Shown: positions 61,608 to 64,000 of the stretch, one piece after another
Layout of the letters: every line of letters begins with the position of its first letter
Position numbering within the stretch: the stretch's first letter is position 1
Assembly (NCBI GenBank): GCA_963845755.1
Contig: CAWJTV010000028.1
Location: forward strand, 1-64,000
Length of the DNA: 64,000 nucleotides
From: an uncultured Planctomycetota bacterium
Lineage (GTDB): Bacteria; Planctomycetota; Planctomycetia; Isosphaerales; Isosphaeraceae
Direction: 5' to 3'
Program-made: the position numbers and the translations under genes
The notes under the pieces: model-generated
Seen by the model: only the letters and a program-made list of their open reading frames with translations
Told to the model about the DNA's origin: nothing
Databases searched by the model: none

Positions 61608-63276
61608 TCAACGAGGCGTGTTGCTCGATGGGACAGCGACCGAGCCAGGTAGCGGCTGACCCAGCAACTCGGCGGCTTCGGTCCAGATCTGTCGCAATTG
61701 GGCGTCTTGAAGTGCCTTCTCCCTGGTCCACGCGACCGCCTTGTCGAACCATTGGCGGGCCTTGTCCTTTTCGCCGTTCTGCCAGTGCGCCAGGGCCTGG
61801 AAGAACCAGTCGTAGGCGAACAGGCCGCGCTGGCGCACGGCCATCGCCCGCTCGCTGGCGGCCAGCGATTCGGCCCAGTGCCCCATCCGATACTCGGCCA
61901 GCGCCAGCGTGCCGTACCTGTCGGCGGAGGGCTTGGCCAGCGCGACGGCCTTGCGGGCGTGCGACAACCCTTCATCGTAATCGCGCCGTGGACGCCCGGG
62001 GGAGACGATCAGGACCCAGGCCAAGTTGTTGTGGGCGCCGGCGAAGTCAGGGTCGAGGCGGATGGCCTCGCGGAGTTCGGCGATCGCCTCGGATGCCTTC
62101 CCCTGGCGGATTAGGGCGCTGCCCAGATTGCTGTGAGCCGTGGCGTAGTCGGGCTTGAGTCGGATCGCGATCTTGTATTCGGCGATCGCCTCGGACACCT
62201 TCCCCTGGTCGAGTAGGGCGTTGCCCGAGTTGCTGTGGGCTTCGGCGTAGTCGGGCTTGAGTCGGATGGCGAACTTGTATTCGGCGATCGCCTCGTCCGG
62301 CTTCCCCCGGTCTTTCAGGGCGTTGCCCAGGTTGTTGTGGGCTTCGACGTACTCGGGCTTGAGTCGGATCGCGACCCTGTATTCGGCGATCGCCTCGTCC
62401 GGCTTCCTCCGGTCTGTCAGGGCGTTGCCGAGGTTGTAGTGGGCCTCGGCGTAGTCGGGCTTGAGTCGGATCGCGACCCTGTATTCGGCGATCGCCTCAT
62501 CCGGTTTCCCCTGGGCTTTCAATGAGTTGCCCAGATTGTTGTGGGCCACGACGAGGTCGGGATTGAGTCGGATCGCGGTCTTGTATTCTCTGATCGCCTC
62601 ATCCAGCTTTCTCTGGTCGCGCAGGGCGTTGCCGAGGTTGCTATGGGCTTCGGCGTAGTCGGGCTTGAGTCGGATGGCGATCATGAATTCGGCGATCGCC
62701 TCATCCAGCCTCCCCTGGTCGCGCAGGGCGTTGCCGAGGTTGTAGTGGGCCGCCTCGTAGTCGGGCTGGAGTCGGATGGCGGTTTTGAATTCGGCGGTCG
62801 CCTCATCCATCTTCCCCTGGTCGCGGGGCGTTGCCCAGGTTGCTGTGGGCCCCGGCGTCATCGGGCTCGAGTCGGATGGCGGTCTTGTATTCGGCGATCG
62901 CCTCGACCAGCTCGCCCTGGTCGCGCAGGGCGTTGCCCAGGTTGCTGTGGGCCGCCGCGAAACGGGGCACGAGGCGAATGGCCTCGCGGTACGCGGCAAC
63001 GGCCTCTCTCGGCTTGCCCTGGTCGAGTAGGGCGTTGCCCAGGTTGTTGTGGGCCCAGGAATAATCCGGCCTGATCCGGATCGCCTCGCGGTACTCGGCG
63101 ATCGCCTCGTCCAGTTTGCCTCGTTTTTGCAGGGCGTGGGCGAGGTTGTAGTGGGCGTCGGCGTCGTCGGACTCGACGAGGAAGACGGTCTCCGTTGCGG
63201 TGAGCGTCGCGGCTTCTCCCAGGGCCACTAAGGCGGCCAGCAGCGCGGTCGCCAGGTTGCATCGGGTTAGTCGCAT
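61608..63276 (-). CDS. TPR protein with signal peptide (indel ~62828)
   Basis: GAGGAG RBS. MRLTRCNLATALLAALVALG leader, 11 tandem 34-aa AH.NLGNAL...AIRL.P units, and an NNLAW...DWFF.ALAHW tail. Confidence 0.9.
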
Positions 63277-63401
63277 GTAGTCAGCTCCTCCCACGGGATT
63301 CGTTGAGATGAGGTTCAAACGGGTAACGGTCGAGCGATGGACCGACGGATCACTTCCCCAAGTGGTCGTGTCGAGGCCACTTCGGCGACGCGATCTCCGA
63401 T

Positions 63402-64000
63402 TCACTGGGGCTTCTCGGTCGCGCGCGGTTTCGCGGCGTTGCGTTTGAGCCGCAGGACCTCGCGAAGCTCGGCGATCGCCTCGTCTCCTTTCCCCAGTGC
63501 TTGCAAGGCCACGCCGAGGTTGCTGTGGGCCGAAGTGTCGGCCGGGTTGAGTTCAATCGCCTTGCGATACTCGACGATGGCTTCCGTCGGGTTCCCCAGG
63601 TACATCAGGGCGTTGCCGAGGTTGGTGTGGGCCATCCCGTCGTAGGGTTTCAGGCGGATTGCCGTGCGAAATTCGGCCTCGGCCGCCTTGTAGTCGTGCT
63701 GGAGATCGCAGAGGAGGGCACCAAGGCCGATGTGTGGGTCGATGAGCTCGGGCTCGAGGCGGATCGCCTCGCGGTACTCGGCAGCCGCCTGATCCGGCTT
63801 TCCCTGCAAGCGTAGGACGTGGCCGAGGAAAGTGTGCGATTCACCGGACCTGGGTTTCAGGCGGATCGCGGCGCGGAATTCCGCTTGGGCGGCCTTGTAG
63901 TCGTGCTTGACATCGCGGAGGAGTACGCCGAGGGTGTTGTGGGTCTCTGGGAAATCCGGCCCGAGTCGGGTTGCCTCGTGGCATTCGGCGATCGCCTCCT
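63402..64000 (-). CDS. TPR protein, C-terminal part (5' end outside the window)
   Basis: Tandem TPR units (AHTNLGNAL, AHSNLGVAL). The frame is open to the window edge. Confidence 0.85.
   Translation of the reverse strand, partial: EAIAECHEATRLGPDFPETHNTLGVLLRDVKHDYKAAQAEFRAAIRLKPRSGESHTFLGHVLRLQGKPDQAAAEYREAIRLEPELIDPHIGLGALLCDLQHDYKAAEAEFRTAIRLKPYDGMAHTNLGNALMYLGNPTEAIVEYRKAIELNPADTSAHSNLGVALQALGKGDEAIAELREVLRLKRNAAKPRATEKPQ

Overview
High-GC chromosomal window that reads as Planctomycetota, most likely Isosphaeraceae. This is inferred from 'LExLExR' planctomycete export leaders, a Ser/Thr kinase-WD40 gene, TPR proteins, a PEP-CTERM protein and heptamer/REP repeats. Most genes are housekeeping or envelope-related: ggt, HU-like protein, pcm, a GT2 glycosyltransferase, a polar amino-acid ABC transporter, folC, hldE, mgtE, serS, efp, M20/M28 peptidases, pdxH and a Cbi/Nik ECF transporter. 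About 13 genes carry single-base indels, most likely long-read assembly errors. I recognised no rRNA, tRNA, CRISPR array, integrase or transposase. Highlights: (1) an integrase-less helicase-primase-resolvase module (20359-23645) with seven 13-bp iteron-like repeats around a T-rich tract, a candidate replicon; (2) an operon joining a signal-peptide-bearing isoaspartyl methyltransferase to a double-CBM, probably inactive GH-A protein; (3) an EF-P with Asn at the modified loop tip; (4) a near-perfect NikR box and a BlaI-type operator, each overlapping a sigma70 promoter; (5) several families of composite heptamer/REP elements and candidate structured RNAs. All family assignments come from motifs read by eye; no database searches were run.
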